Origin: Candidatus Eiseniibacteriota bacterium
GTDB lineage: Bacteria > Eisenbacteria > RBG-16-71-46
Reading direction: 5' to 3'
Assembly (NCBI GenBank): GCA_963707915.1
Contig: OY970178.1
Span: 3,520,001 to 3,584,000 of the forward strand
Length of the DNA stretch: 64,000 nucleotides
The number at the start of each line of letters is the position of its first letter. Position 1 is the stretch's first letter. The notes beneath the pieces were generated by a model. It ran no database searches and was not told the DNA's origin. It worked only from the letters and a program-made list of their open reading frames with translations. The position numbers and the translations under genes were made by a program. Below are positions 1-10,530 of this stretch, piece by piece.

Positions 1-2
1 AC

Positions 3-419
3 CTGGAAGCGCTGCTCGAGCCGGTGCGGGCCGGCCGTTGCGACGTGAGCATCGGTTCGCGCTACGTCGAGCGCTCCGGGTATCGGGCCCCGCTCGCGCG
101 CCGCATCGGCATGGTGCTGTTCTCCGGCCTGGCGAGCGCGGCCCTGCGCACCCGGATCACCGACACGACCTCGGGCTTCCGGGCGTACGCGCGGCGGGTG
201 ATGGAGGTGTGCCAGCACGACTTCCCGCGCGACTTCCCGGATGCGCCGCTGTTGATCATGCTCGGACGCGCCGGCTTCCGCATGGAGGAGGTCGCGGTGA
301 AGATGCGCGAGCGCCGGGCGGGCCGGTCCTTCTACACGCTCGGCACGTCGTTCTACTATCCCTACAAGAACCTGCTGGCCTCGCTGATGGCGCTCCTTCA
401 GCGGCCGGCACAGCCCTGA
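3..419 (+). CDS. GT2 glycosyltransferase, DPM1/polyprenol-phosphate glycosyltransferase-like (5' truncated by window)
   Basis: D(V)SIGSRY...ITDTTSGFRAY...EEVAVKMRERRAGRS motifs typical of DPM1-like GT2; frame open from the window edge; followed by a DUF2304-like gene. Confidence 0.85.
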   Translation: MEALLEPVRAGRCDVSIGSRYVERSGYRAPLARRIGMVLFSGLASAALRTRITDTTSGFRAYARRVMEVCQHDFPRDFPDAPLLIMLGRAGFRMEEVAVKMRERRAGRSFYTLGTSFYYPYKNLLASLMALLQRPAQP

Positions 420-429
420 GGGTCGGCCC

Positions 430-822
430 ATGGTGTTCCTGTCGAGGACGCAGGTCATCGTCGCGATCGGCGCGGTCCTGCTCGTGCTCTACGTGCTGGA
501 CCTGGTGCGGCGCCGCAAGCTGTCCGAGGAATACTCGCTGCTCTGGGTGATCTCGACCGTCGTCGTCGCCGCGCTGGGGTTCTCGACGCGCCTGCTGGTC
601 TGGGTGAGCCGGCAGCTCGGCATCGTGCAGGAGAACTCGACGGTGTTCGCCTTCGGGCTCGCGTTCAGCATGGCGATGCTGCTCCACCTCTCGGTCCGGC
701 TGTCGCGGCTGGGCCAGGAGAACCAGGCCTTGTCGCGCGAACTGGCCCTGTTGCGACAGCGGCTCGAGGAGCCGGACCCCGGCCGGTCGCCGACGGTCGC
801 ACCGATGGCGGGGCGGGAGTGA
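430..822 (+). CDS. DUF2304-like small membrane protein
   Basis: 130 aa with 3 TM helices, VRRRKLSEEYSLLW motif and C-terminal coiled coil (RLGQENQALSRELALL). Confidence 0.8.
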   Translation: MVFLSRTQVIVAIGAVLLVLYVLDLVRRRKLSEEYSLLWVISTVVVAALGFSTRLLVWVSRQLGIVQENSTVFAFGLAFSMAMLLHLSVRLSRLGQENQALSRELALLRQRLEEPDPGRSPTVAPMAGRE

Positions 823-1826
823 AGCGGTCGCTCCAGCTGCTCCTGGGAGTGGTCATCTCGCTGGCCGCGGTGTGGTTCTCCATGCGCGGGGTGAGCGTCC
901 CGGAGGTCTGGCGCTCGCTGCGCCATTCGAACCTGCTCCTCTTCGGCGCCGTGATGGGGCTCACCCTGTTCAGTTTCTGGGTCCGGGCGCTGCGGTGGCG
1001 CTCGCTCCTGTCCGGCGGACGCACCGCCACGCTGGACAGCCTCTACAGCGCCACCATGATCGGCTTCATGGCCAACAACGTGCTGCCCTTCCGGCTGGGC
1101 GAGTTCGTGCGGGCCTGGGCGCTGGCGCGCCGCGAGAAGTGCTCGACCACGATGGTGCTGGCCACGGTCGTCGTCGAGCGCGTGGTGGACATGCTGACGC
1201 TGCTCGGGATCCTGGGCGTCACGATGCTGGTGCACCCGATCCTGGTGAACAGCAAGGCGGCGGAGTTCGTGCAGGCGGGCGCCACCTCGCTCATCGTGCT
1301 CACGGTCGGGCTCACGCTGGTCCTCATCGTGCTCGAACGCACGCCCGGGCTGGCGCGCCGCATCGTCCTGCGCCTCGGGACGCGGTTGCCCGAGCGCCAC
1401 CGCGGCCGCGTGGCCGCCGCGCTCGACCACTTCGTCGAAGGGCTGGGGCTGTTCCGCGACCTGCCCCGCCTGCTGTGGGTCTTCCTGCTGTCGTTCGTGC
1501 TGTTCGCCGGCTTCGCGGTGGCGATGCAGCTCAGCATGGAGGCGCTCGGCATCCGGTTGCCGTGGTACGCGGGCTTCACGCTGCTGGTCATCAGTGCGTT
1601 CGCCATCATGGCGCCGGCCGCCCCGGGCTACATCGGCACCATGAACCTGGCCTGCGTCGCCGGGCTCGCGCTCTTCGGGGTGACCGACCGCGAGCTCGCG
1701 AACTCCTTCTCGTGGTTCTACTGGGCGGGACAGTGGCTGCCGGTCACCGTGGTGGGCCTGTACTACCTGCGGCGCGAGGGGCTCTCGCTGCGCACGCTCA
1801 ACCAGGCCCAGGAATCGACTTCATGA
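819..1826 (+). CDS. Lysylphosphatidylglycerol synthase TM domain / UPF0104 flippase-like protein
   Basis: RALRWRSLL, IGFMANNVLPFRLGEFVRA, ERVVD, APGYIG motifs; GTGA overlap with upstream gene. Confidence 0.85.
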   Translation: MKRSLQLLLGVVISLAAVWFSMRGVSVPEVWRSLRHSNLLLFGAVMGLTLFSFWVRALRWRSLLSGGRTATLDSLYSATMIGFMANNVLPFRLGEFVRAWALARREKCSTTMVLATVVVERVVDMLTLLGILGVTMLVHPILVNSKAAEFVQAGATSLIVLTVGLTLVLIVLERTPGLARRIVLRLGTRLPERHRGRVAAALDHFVEGLGLFRDLPRLLWVFLLSFVLFAGFAVAMQLSMEALGIRLPWYAGFTLLVISAFAIMAPAAPGYIGTMNLACVAGLALFGVTDRELANSFSWFYWAGQWLPVTVVGLYYLRREGLSLRTLNQAQESTS

Positions 1827-1855
1827 CGGCGCGGACCGGGCGGACCGCGGGTGGC

Positions 1856-3061
1856 TCAGCGCGGGTAGTGCCCGACCACCTTGCGCACCGCGGCGACGAC
1901 GTCCTCGACGTCACGCGGGGTCATGTCCGGGAAGAGCGGCAGCGTGACGGCGCGGCGGTAGCAGTCCTCGGCGACCGGGAAGTCGCCGGCGCGCACGCCC
2001 AGCTTCTCCTGGAAGTAGGGGTGCAGGTGGATGGGGATGAAGTGCACGGAGGCGCCGATGTTCTCGGCGCGGAGCTCCTGGATGAAGCGCGCGCGGTCGC
2101 AGCCGAGCCGCTCCAGCTCCAGCGCGACCGGGTAGAGGTGCCAGGCGTGCACGACCCCGGCCCGCGGTTGCGGCCGGCGCACCTCGGGGACCGCGGCCAG
2201 CAGGGAGTCGTAGAGCGCCACCAGCTCCCGGCGCCGCCGCTGCATCTCCTCGAAGCGCTCCAGCTGGGCCAGGCCGATGGCCGCCAGCACGTCGCTGAGG
2301 TTGTACTTGAAGCCCGGGGCGACCACCTCGTAGTACCAGGAGCCGGTGTCGCTGTAGCGCTTCCAGGCGTCGCGGTTCATGCCGTGCAGCGAGAGCAGTC
2401 CGAGCCGTTCGGCCAGCGCGTCGTCGTCGGTGACGGCCGCGCCGCCCTCGCCGGTGGTGAGGTTCTTCGTGGCGTAGAACGAGAACGCGGTGACGTCGGA
2501 GAGCGATCCCACCGGCCGGCCGCCCAGCGAGGCCCCCAGCGCATGGGCCGCGTCCTCGACCACCGGGATGCCGCGCGCGCGGGCCATCGCGCCGATGGCG
2601 TCGAGATCGCAGGGGTGCCCGGCGTAGTCCACCGGCAGGAGGGCGCGCGTCCGCGCGGTGAGCGCGCGTTCGACCGCGCGCGGGTCGAGGCACAGCGTGT
2701 CGGGCTCGACGTCGACCAGCACCGGGCGCGCCCCGACGTGCTCGATGACGTTCACGCAGGCCACGAAGGTGTAGGTCGAGGTGATCACCTCGTCGCCGGG
2801 CCCCACCCCGAGCGCGGCCAGCGCCAGGTGCAGGGCGCCGGTGGCCGAGTTGACCGCCAGGCCGTGGCGGGCCCCGGCGAGGGCCGCCACGCGCCGGCCC
2901 AGCTCCACCGTCTTCGGTCCCGTCGTGATCCAGCCCGACTCGAGCGCGTCGAGCACGAGTTCCTTCTCGCGCGCCCCGATGGAGGGGCGGGAGAACGGCA
3001 GGAACGTGGCACGCACGGGTGTCCCGCCGCGCGAGGCGAGGGTCTCGGGCACCGGGGTCAC
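1856..3061 (-). CDS. DegT/DnrJ/EryC1/StrS family sugar aminotransferase
   Basis: SGWITTGP, EDAAHALG, FSFYATKNLTTGEGG (PLP lysine) motifs. Confidence 0.92.
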   Translation of the reverse strand: MTPVPETLASRGGTPVRATFLPFSRPSIGAREKELVLDALESGWITTGPKTVELGRRVAALAGARHGLAVNSATGALHLALAALGVGPGDEVITSTYTFVACVNVIEHVGARPVLVDVEPDTLCLDPRAVERALTARTRALLPVDYAGHPCDLDAIGAMARARGIPVVEDAAHALGASLGGRPVGSLSDVTAFSFYATKNLTTGEGGAAVTDDDALAERLGLLSLHGMNRDAWKRYSDTGSWYYEVVAPGFKYNLSDVLAAIGLAQLERFEEMQRRRRELVALYDSLLAAVPEVRRPQPRAGVVHAWHLYPVALELERLGCDRARFIQELRAENIGASVHFIPIHLHPYFQEKLGVRAGDFPVAEDCYRRAVTLPLFPDMTPRDVEDVVAAVRKVVGHYPR

Positions 3062-3106
3062 GGTCGCCCGGCCGGAAAGGCAGTGGAGGCTGGCATCAGG
3101 CGTGCG

Positions 3107-3136
3107 ATTCTAGGGCAGCACGTGCCCGGGCTCCAA
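3107..3136 (-). promoter_or_regulatory. Putative housekeeping-sigma promoter for the DegT gene
   Basis: minus strand TTGGAG-N18-TAGAAT, about 45 nt upstream of the start. Confidence 0.5.
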
Positions 3137-3156
3137 CTGCCCGCACCGGGACCGCG

Positions 3157-4626
3157 GTGAGCGCCCGCTTCGTCCGGGCCACGCTGGGCCTCGCGGTCAG
3201 CCAGTACCTGGCCCGCGGGATCCTGCTGGCGCGCGGCGTGCTGGCCGCGATCGCCCTGGGTCCCGCGGGGTTCGGCCAGTGGAACGCGCTCAATCTGATC
3301 CTCGACTATGGTGGCTACGCCTCGAGCGGCGCCCTGCAGGGGCTCGACCTGCGGCTGCCCGCCCCGACCGCGCGGGGCGACGCGGCGGAGGCGCGGCGGC
3401 TGCTGGCCGGCGCCTGGACCATGGTGCTCGCGGGCGGGACGCTGTTCGCGCTGCTGCTCGTCGCCGCGCTCGCGAGCGGGCGGCCCGCACTGCTGCGCGG
3501 GATCGGCTGGAGCGCCCCGCTCCTGATGCTCGCGGCCGCGCTGCTCCAGCTCGTGCTGCAGTACCACGGCTCGGCGCTGCGCGCCCGGGGCCGCTTCGGC
3601 GCCGTGAGCGGGTCGGCCGCGGCGCAGGCGCTGCTGGGCGGCGGGCTCGGGCTGGCGCTGGTGTGGCGCTTCGGGATCCCCGGGATGCTGTGGGGCTGGC
3701 TGGCCGGCACGCTCGTGGCGCTGGCGTGGGTGCGACGGGCGGCGCCCGACGTGCCGCTGCGGCCCGGGCCGCCGGCGGAGGGCGTCCGGCTGGTGCGCTC
3801 CGGGTTCGTGGTCTTCGCGTTCTTCTCCGTCTCGCTCGTGCTGCGCTCGGTGGACCGGCTCGCCCTCATGCACTTCGGCACGCCCGCGGACCTCGGTGTC
3901 TACAGCCTGGGGCTCATGGCGGCGGGGCTCGTGCTGTACGTGCCCGAGGCGGCGGCCGCGGTGCTCTACCCGCGCATCGCCGCGGCCGCGGCGGGCACGC
4001 CGGGTCTCGAGACCGCGCGCGGGCAGGTGGCGCGCGCGCACCGGGCACTGGCGCTGCTCCTGCCGCCGGCGGTGGGGGTCGCGATGGTATGGGTGGCGCC
4101 GGCGCTGGGGTGGTGGCTGCCGCGCTACCGGGGCGCGGGGGAGTCCGTGCGGTTGCTCGCCCTCGGGGCGCTGTTGCTCTCCGGCGCGACGCTGCCGGGC
4201 TACTGGCTGCTGGGCCGCGGCCGCGGGCGGACCCTGCTGCTGGCCGGGCTGGCCTGCGCGGTGGTGACCGTGCTGCTGGTCTTCGGGGTCGCGGCCCGCG
4301 CGCCGCGACCCGCGCCGGTGGCACTCGCCGCGTGCGCCGGCTACGGCGCCTTCGCCGCGGTGATCGCCGCGCTCGCCGCGCGTGACCTGCGCCCCGGGCC
4401 CGGCGGCCGGCTGGGCTTCGCGGTATCGAGCTTCCTGCCCGCCGCCTGGGTCACGGCGGTCGCGTTCGCCGCCTGCCGCGTCGGGCCGGCGGAGTCGGCC
4501 CTCGCTGCGGGCGTGCGCACGGTCGCTGTGGCGCTCGCCTACGCGCCGGTGCTGTGGTGGCTGGGACGCGGCCTGGGCCTGCGCTCGCTCGCCGGCCTGT
4601 GGGCCCGCGGGGAGGCTCCCGCGTGA
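3157..4626 (+). CDS. Wzx-like oligosaccharide flippase
   Basis: 12-14 hydrophobic segments, LGPAGFGQW, SVDRLAL...LGVYSLG, LYPRIA; GTG at 3157 chosen as start. Confidence 0.75.
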   Translation: MSARFVRATLGLAVSQYLARGILLARGVLAAIALGPAGFGQWNALNLILDYGGYASSGALQGLDLRLPAPTARGDAAEARRLLAGAWTMVLAGGTLFALLLVAALASGRPALLRGIGWSAPLLMLAAALLQLVLQYHGSALRARGRFGAVSGSAAAQALLGGGLGLALVWRFGIPGMLWGWLAGTLVALAWVRRAAPDVPLRPGPPAEGVRLVRSGFVVFAFFSVSLVLRSVDRLALMHFGTPADLGVYSLGLMAAGLVLYVPEAAAAVLYPRIAAAAAGTPGLETARGQVARAHRALALLLPPAVGVAMVWVAPALGWWLPRYRGAGESVRLLALGALLLSGATLPGYWLLGRGRGRTLLLAGLACAVVTVLLVFGVAARAPRPAPVALAACAGYGAFAAVIAALAARDLRPGPGGRLGFAVSSFLPAAWVTAVAFAACRVGPAESALAAGVRTVAVALAYAPVLWWLGRGLGLRSLAGLWARGEAPA

Positions 4627-7183
4627 GCCGGCGGCGCGCCATCGGCGTGGTCGCGGGCAGCCTCGTGATCCACGGCCTGCTGCTCGCCGGGTGGATGGCG
4701 GCGCTGCCCGGACCGCTGGCGCCTGGCGGCGGCGTTCGCGGTCCTCGTCCTGGTGCCCGGCTGGGCCTTCGCCGCGCTCGGGGCGCGTCCGCCCGGAGGG
4801 CCGGGGCTCGCGGCCGGCTGGGTCTTCGGCTTCGGCGTGGCGTGGAACGCCGCGCTGGTGCTGCTCGCGCACGCGGCGGGCGTGCCGTTCCTCGAGTTGC
4901 TGCCGTGGACTCCGCTGACGAGCGTGCTGCCCTGGGGCCTCGTGCTCTGGCGCGCCGGCGGGCCGGCGGCCGCACCCGAGCGTGGGCTCTCCCGCGCGGC
5001 GCTGCTGACCGTGCTGCTCGCGGCCGCGTTCGCGGCCGTTCACGTGGCGCGCTTCGGGCCGCCGCTGGGCTACCTGAGCGACACGCCGGACCACGTCGGG
5101 ACGCTGCGGCGCATGCTGCAGTCGGGGCAGTTGTTCCCGGCCGACGCCTTCTTCCGTGACGCGGGCGCGCGCCGGCGCGGACCCGCGCAAGGGGCTCTGG
5201 CACGGCCTCGTCGCGTTGCTCACGCGGCTGGCGGACCTCGACCCGCTCGAGACGTGGCGCTGGCTCGGCGCGCTGGTCGTGCCGTTCTTCGTGCTCAACG
5301 TCGCGGCGCTGGGGTTCCTGTGCCGCGGTTCCGCCGGTGCCGCGCTCGCCGCCTGGGTGCTGCTGCTGACCTACGGCGGCGGCCTGGGGCAGGTCCCCAT
5401 CCGCCAGGCGGTCTACGCCACGCGGGTCGCGGACCAGTTGGCGCTGGCGGCGGCGGTCGCGGTGCTCGCCGACCTGGGCCGGCGCGCGTGGGCCACGCGC
5501 CTGTCCGCCGTGGCACTGGGCTTCGCCGCGGTCGCCGCGCACGTCTTCCCGGCCCTCCAGTTCGCACTGCTGTTCCCCGCGCTCGGCCTCGGGCTGATCC
5601 TGCGCGACCGCCGCTTCGGTCCCGAGGCTCGGCGACTCGCCGGGACGGCGCTCCTGCTGGGCGCGGCCTGCCTGCCCTACCTGTGGTCCCGCGCGCAGCA
5701 GGCCTACGCGCCGAGCAACGTGATCCACACGGAGGTCCAGGGGTTGACCTGGCTGGCCGGTTCGCTGCGCGTCGTTTCGGTCGACCAGCTGTGGGGGTGG
5801 ATGGGGGCGGCCTGGGTGCTGGTGCCGCTGTCCTGGCCCTGGCTGTGGGCGCGCGGGCGGGGGAACGTCGCGGCGCTCTTCCTGCTGACCTCCTCGCTGG
5901 CGGTGGCGCTGGTCATGTACGACCCGCCGGTCGTGGCGCTGCTGCAGCCCCGCCTCGGCTATTTGCTCATGCGAGTGATCTGGCTCGTGCCCTTCGCGGC
6001 CCTCGTGGCGTGGCTCCTACCGGAGTTGCTTGCGGCCGCGCGCGAGCATGGGCGCCGGCCGGCGCGCGTGGGCGCGGGGGTGCTGCTGGCGCTGGCGATC
6101 GCGCTGCTGGCGTTCCCGGCCCGCGATGCCGTGCGGGCGCTCCGTGGCCCCGGGCCGGGCGCGGCGAAGGAGCAGGACCCGCGGGACTGGCAGGCCGACT
6201 TCGACTGGATGAAGACGCACCTCGCCCCGGGTTGCGTGGTGCTCTCCGACCCCGCGACCTCGTACCTGGTGCCGATGATGACCGGGCGCCACGTCGCGAC
6301 GCTGGTGGACCAGCACAGCTCGCCCAACGATCCGCTCGGGCTGACGCGCATCCTCGACGCCCGCGACGCGCTCGACCCGTACGCGACCTGGGATCGCACG
6401 CGGGAGGTGGTCCGCCGCTACGAGGTCGGTGCCATCGTGCTCAACGACCGCTTCGTGGAGCCGCTGCCGCTCGCCTACTGGGCGCCGCGGCACCCGTGGT
6501 TCGTCGCGGCGCGCGCGCGCTTCGACGCGCATCCGGAAGCCTTCCCGCGTCTTCGCGACGCCGGCGACCTGGTGGTGTACGGCGTGCGACGGGAGGCGCT
6601 CGACACCCTGTCCGGCCCCGTGCCCGTGCGCCCGTGCGTGGAAGCCTGGGTGCCCGGAACGGCCGCGCGCGCCCCCGTCTCCGGCGACACGCTGGACCGC
6701 GCTCCCGAACTCGTCGGATTCACGCTCTCCACGCGCACGACCCCGCCGGGCGCCGACCTGGTCGGAGTGGCGCGCTGGCACGCCGCGCGCCCCGCCGGCG
6801 CGGGGGCCTGGCGGGTCGCCGTGCGACTCGACCGCGACCTGCCCGCGGACTTCGCGCCCCCGGCGTTCATCGCCAGGCCCGCGCGGAAGCTCTTCGAGCG
6901 ATGGCGTCACCAGCGCTACGGCTTCCGCGCCGACCACCTGCCCGCCCGCGGGGATTACGGGCCGGACCTGTGGCGGGCGGACGAGGTGGTGCTGGACTCC
7001 TTCGGTATTTACGTGCCCCCGGATGCGGTCGACGGCACCTACCGGATCGAGCTCAGCATGGTCCGGCAGCCCGCCTATCCGAACCTCCGGTTGAGCGATT
7101 GGTTCTTCGACCGCGACCACGACCCGGGTGCGCCGGGGGGGACGCTCGTGGTGCGCCGTGGCGGAGCCGGGGGGCGGCGATGA
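4623..7183 (+). pseudogene. Large polytopic membrane protein (GT-C-like) with periplasmic C-terminal domain; two +1 frameshifts (about 4715 and 5170), possibly sequencing errors
   Basis: GTGA-coupled start at 4623; a continuous hydrophobic protein runs across three frames (MSRRRAIG...ALPGP / RLAAAFAVLVLVPGW...SDTPDHVGT...FFRDAGA / AGADPRKGLWHG...GGRR*). Confidence 0.65.
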
Positions 7184-7481
7184 GGTGCAACGAGGAGCTC
7201 CAGTCTGGCCAAACGCAGCAGCGGTCGTTACTATGTCCTGGACCCGTGCCCGGACGCCGGGGTACCCCCGTCGATCAGCCGTCCGGATGCGCTGGCCGAC
7301 GACGCATTCTCGAGCATCTGGTCCGCCACCGCGAGGGGTGGTCAGCCCGTTCGCGTCACTGCAGGGGAGCCATCGAATTGCCGACCCGTCGCCATGCCAC
7401 GACCGCAACCCGATGCGCGCCGGAAGCACGCTGCCAGGAGCAGGACTCCGGCCTTCGCCCCGCTCCGCACCGGGTGGCCCG

Positions 7482-8585
7482 ATGAGCCGCCGCCGGATCG
7501 TCTGCGTGGCGGGGGTGCGCCCCAATTTCATGAAGGTCGCCGCCCTGCTGCGTGCATTGCGCGGGCACAAGACGCTGGAGGGGTTGCTGGTCCACACCGG
7601 CCAGCATTACGACGCCAGCATGTCCGACTCCTTCCTGCGTGACCTGGAGATGCCCGAGCCGGTCGCGCACCTGCACGTGGGCGCGGACCTGCCGGCGCGG
7701 CAGACCGCCCGCATCATGGAGGCCTTCGAGCAGGTCCTGGCCGGGCTCGTCCCCGAGCGGGTACTGGTCGTGGGCGATGCCAACTCGACCCTGGCCTGCG
7801 CGCTCACCGCGATGAAGTGCCGGATCCCGGTGGTGCACGTCGAGGCCGGGCTGCGCAGCTTCGACCGCGGGATGCCGGAGGAGATCAACCGCATCCTGAC
7901 GGACCAGATCGCCGACCTGCTGTTCGTCACCGAGCAAAGCGGGATCGAGAACCTGCGCCGCGAGGGGATCCCGGACGAGCGTGTCCACCTCACCGGCAAC
8001 ACCATGATCGACACGATGGTTCACCTCATGCCCCGCATCGATGCGGCGCGCACCGCGGAGAGCCTGCGCCTGACGCGGGGCGGTTATGCCCTGGCCACGC
8101 TGCACCGCCCGAGCAACGTGGACGACCCGGTCCGGCTCGCCGCGCTCGTGGACCTGCTGGCCGAACTGGCGGGGAAGTTGCCGGTGGTGTTCCCGGTCCA
8201 TCCCCGCACCCGCGGCACCCTCGAGGCCGCTGGACTGTGGGCGCGGGTGGCCGCCGTGCCGGCGGTGCGCATCCTGGGACCGCAGCCCTACTTCGACTTC
8301 CTCTCGCTGATGAAGGACAGCCGTTTCGTGCTGACCGACTCGGGTGGCATCCAGGAAGAGACCACGTTCCTGGGCGTGCCGTGCGTCACGGCCCGCACCT
8401 CCACGGAGCGCCCGGTCACCACCGAGATCGGCACCAACGTGCTGGTCGGCGACGATTTCGCCCGCTCGCGCGAGGCCATCGGCCGCATCCTCGCGGGTGA
8501 GGCACGTCGCGGTGCGGTCCCTCCGCTGTGGGACGGCCACTCCGCGGAACGGACCGTTGCGATTCTGGAGCAGCGATCGGCGTGA
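7482..8585 (+). CDS. wecB: UDP-N-acetylglucosamine 2-epimerase (non-hydrolysing)
   Basis: GVRPNFMK, HTGQHYD, HVEAGLRSFD..MPEEINR, TDSGGIQEE motifs. Confidence 0.92.
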   Translation: MSRRRIVCVAGVRPNFMKVAALLRALRGHKTLEGLLVHTGQHYDASMSDSFLRDLEMPEPVAHLHVGADLPARQTARIMEAFEQVLAGLVPERVLVVGDANSTLACALTAMKCRIPVVHVEAGLRSFDRGMPEEINRILTDQIADLLFVTEQSGIENLRREGIPDERVHLTGNTMIDTMVHLMPRIDAARTAESLRLTRGGYALATLHRPSNVDDPVRLAALVDLLAELAGKLPVVFPVHPRTRGTLEAAGLWARVAAVPAVRILGPQPYFDFLSLMKDSRFVLTDSGGIQEETTFLGVPCVTARTSTERPVTTEIGTNVLVGDDFARSREAIGRILAGEARRGAVPPLWDGHSAERTVAILEQRSA

Positions 8586-8590
8586 GCACC

Positions 8591-9769
8591 ATGCGGCCGG
8601 GCCTCTTCTTCCTGTCGGACCAACTCGAGTCGCCGCCGCAGCTTGGCTACCAGATCCACGTGCTGGCGCTGATCCGCGCGGCCAGCCCGCTGGTGCCGAC
8701 CCGCGGATTCTGCTGGATGGCCGCGTCACCGCCGCCGCCCGCCAGCCTGGTCCCGCTGGATCGCGCTACCGCGCCGCGGGGCAACCTGGCGCGCAAGCGC
8801 TACTACGTCGCGCGCGCCTTCGAGCACATCGACCGCGAGGCCGCACCCGGCTCCGTGGTCTGGGTACGGAACTACTCCACCGCGCTGCTGGCGCTCCCCG
8901 GACTCCGCCGCCGCCGGCGCGCGGGGATCAGCAGCGTCTACGACGCGTCGAGTTTCGGGCGGCTCGAGGTGCCGGATGCACCGAATCGTTTCACCGCCTT
9001 CCTGCGCGCCGTCGTTGAGGAGCGCTTGTGGCCGCACTTCGACCGGGTGCGCACGCTGAACGATCCGATGCGCGATTACCTGGTCAGGCACGGCGTCCCG
9101 GCGGAGCGGATCATGGTGATCCCGGTGGGTTCCGAGCCGCAGACCGGGCGCTGGCGCCTGCGCGACGCACCCCGGCGGCTGCTCTATGTCGGCAGTGCGA
9201 TGGCCTGGCAGGGGTTGCCCGCGCTGATCGGGGCCATGCGCATCCTCGAAGGCCGCGCGCCGCAGATCGGCCTGAGCATCGTGGGGCCCACCGCCGGGGA
9301 GCTGGCGGGGCTCGCGCTGCCGGGGAACGTGCGGGTGCTCGGGCGTGTGCCTCACGCGGAGATCGGACGGGTGTATCTCGAACACGACCTGTTCGTGCTG
9401 CCGCGGCCCCGCTCGCCGCTCACCGAGACCGTGATGCCCATGAAGATCCTCGAGGCGATGGCCTTCGGGATGCCGATCCTTGCCACGGACCTCGAGGCCA
9501 TCCGCTGGACCACCGGATCGGATGGCGCGTTCCTGGTGCGCGAGGGCGGCCCCGTGGCGCTGGCCGCAGCCATCGAGGCGGCGCTCTCCGACCCGGTCGC
9601 CCTGGCCGCGGCCGGCGCGCGAGCACTCGAGCGTTCGGCCCGCTTCACCTGGGACGAGATCGGCCGCGGGATCGCCAGGGAATTGTTCCCGGGAAGCGGG
9701 TCACGCCCCGCTCCGATCGCCTCGCCCGCACCGAATCGTGCGAGGCCGGACCATTCCGGGCTCGTATAG
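8591..9769 (+). CDS. GT4 glycosyltransferase
   Basis: LLYVGS..WQG, PMKILEAMAFGMPILATD, FTWDEI; alternative GTG start at 8582. Confidence 0.85.
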   Translation: MRPGLFFLSDQLESPPQLGYQIHVLALIRAASPLVPTRGFCWMAASPPPPASLVPLDRATAPRGNLARKRYYVARAFEHIDREAAPGSVVWVRNYSTALLALPGLRRRRRAGISSVYDASSFGRLEVPDAPNRFTAFLRAVVEERLWPHFDRVRTLNDPMRDYLVRHGVPAERIMVIPVGSEPQTGRWRLRDAPRRLLYVGSAMAWQGLPALIGAMRILEGRAPQIGLSIVGPTAGELAGLALPGNVRVLGRVPHAEIGRVYLEHDLFVLPRPRSPLTETVMPMKILEAMAFGMPILATDLEAIRWTTGSDGAFLVREGGPVALAAAIEAALSDPVALAAAGARALERSARFTWDEIGRGIARELFPGSGSRPAPIASPAPNRARPDHSGLV

Positions 9770-9797
9770 GCCCCGGTCGGCACGATAGGGGATCTTC

Positions 9798-10530
9798 ATG
9801 GCTCCGGCGAGACTTGCCCGCTCCATCCTGACGGCCGTCCTCGGCACCACGCTGTTCCTCGCCGCCAGCGAAGTCGTCGTGCGCCGGTGGCTCTTCTCCC
9901 CGACGGCCACGGTGGCCGATGCGCGCTGCGACTGGGTCTAGCCACCGAACGCGAGCATGGTGCAGAGCACCGAGGGCTGGTGCGCGACGCGTACGAACTC
10001 GATGGGCCTGCTGGACGACGAGCTGCGAGTGCCACGTGCTCTGGTGCGGGCGCTCCTGCTCGGTGATTCCTACTCCGCGGCGCTCCAAGTCGCCCGTCGG
10101 GACAACTTCCAATCGGTCGCCGAGCAGAGCATGCCGGGACTCGAGGTGGTCAACGTCAGCGCCGGCGGCGGCTCCCCTCGCCAATACGCCGACTGACTGG
10201 AGAAGTTCGGGCCCCGGCTGGCTCCGGACATCGTGATCGTTCAGCTCAACGACGGAACCTCACGGACCTGCTCACGACGACCGACGGCGTGGGGAGAGCG
10301 GCGGTGGAGCCTTCCACGGGCGTGCTGGCGCGCCCGCACGGCTTGGTGCGCGGCAGGTCAGCGCTGGTCGCTGCGACCATGTACCGCGTACAGCTGCTGG
10401 CCGCTGAGTGGCGGGCGCATCCGCCCAGGCCGTTCCACCGGGCGCGCGCCGCCGCCGCCCGCGAGGATCCGTCTGCGGATCCGCGGTTGCCCGCGCTCAT
10501 GGATGCGTTCCATCGCCGCATCGAGGCCGA
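9798..10530 (+). pseudogene. SGNH/GDSL hydrolase-like (AlgJ/PatB-type) pseudogene
   Basis: N-terminal TM anchor, TNSMGL, LLGDSY, VVNVSAGGGSP, PDIVIVQLND; in-frame TAG at 9939, TGA at 10194, frameshift near 10256. Confidence 0.7.

Noticed and set aside
3091..3105. Sigma-54-like TGGCAT-N5-GTGC upstream of the flippase
   Set aside because: Imperfect -12 element and expected by chance at this GC content; it abuts a better sigma-70-type site on the other strand
9939..10196. In-frame TAG and TGA as pyrrolysine/selenocysteine recoding or an alternative genetic code
   Set aside because: The same gene also has a frameshift and a deletion, and TAG and TGA act as normal stops throughout the window
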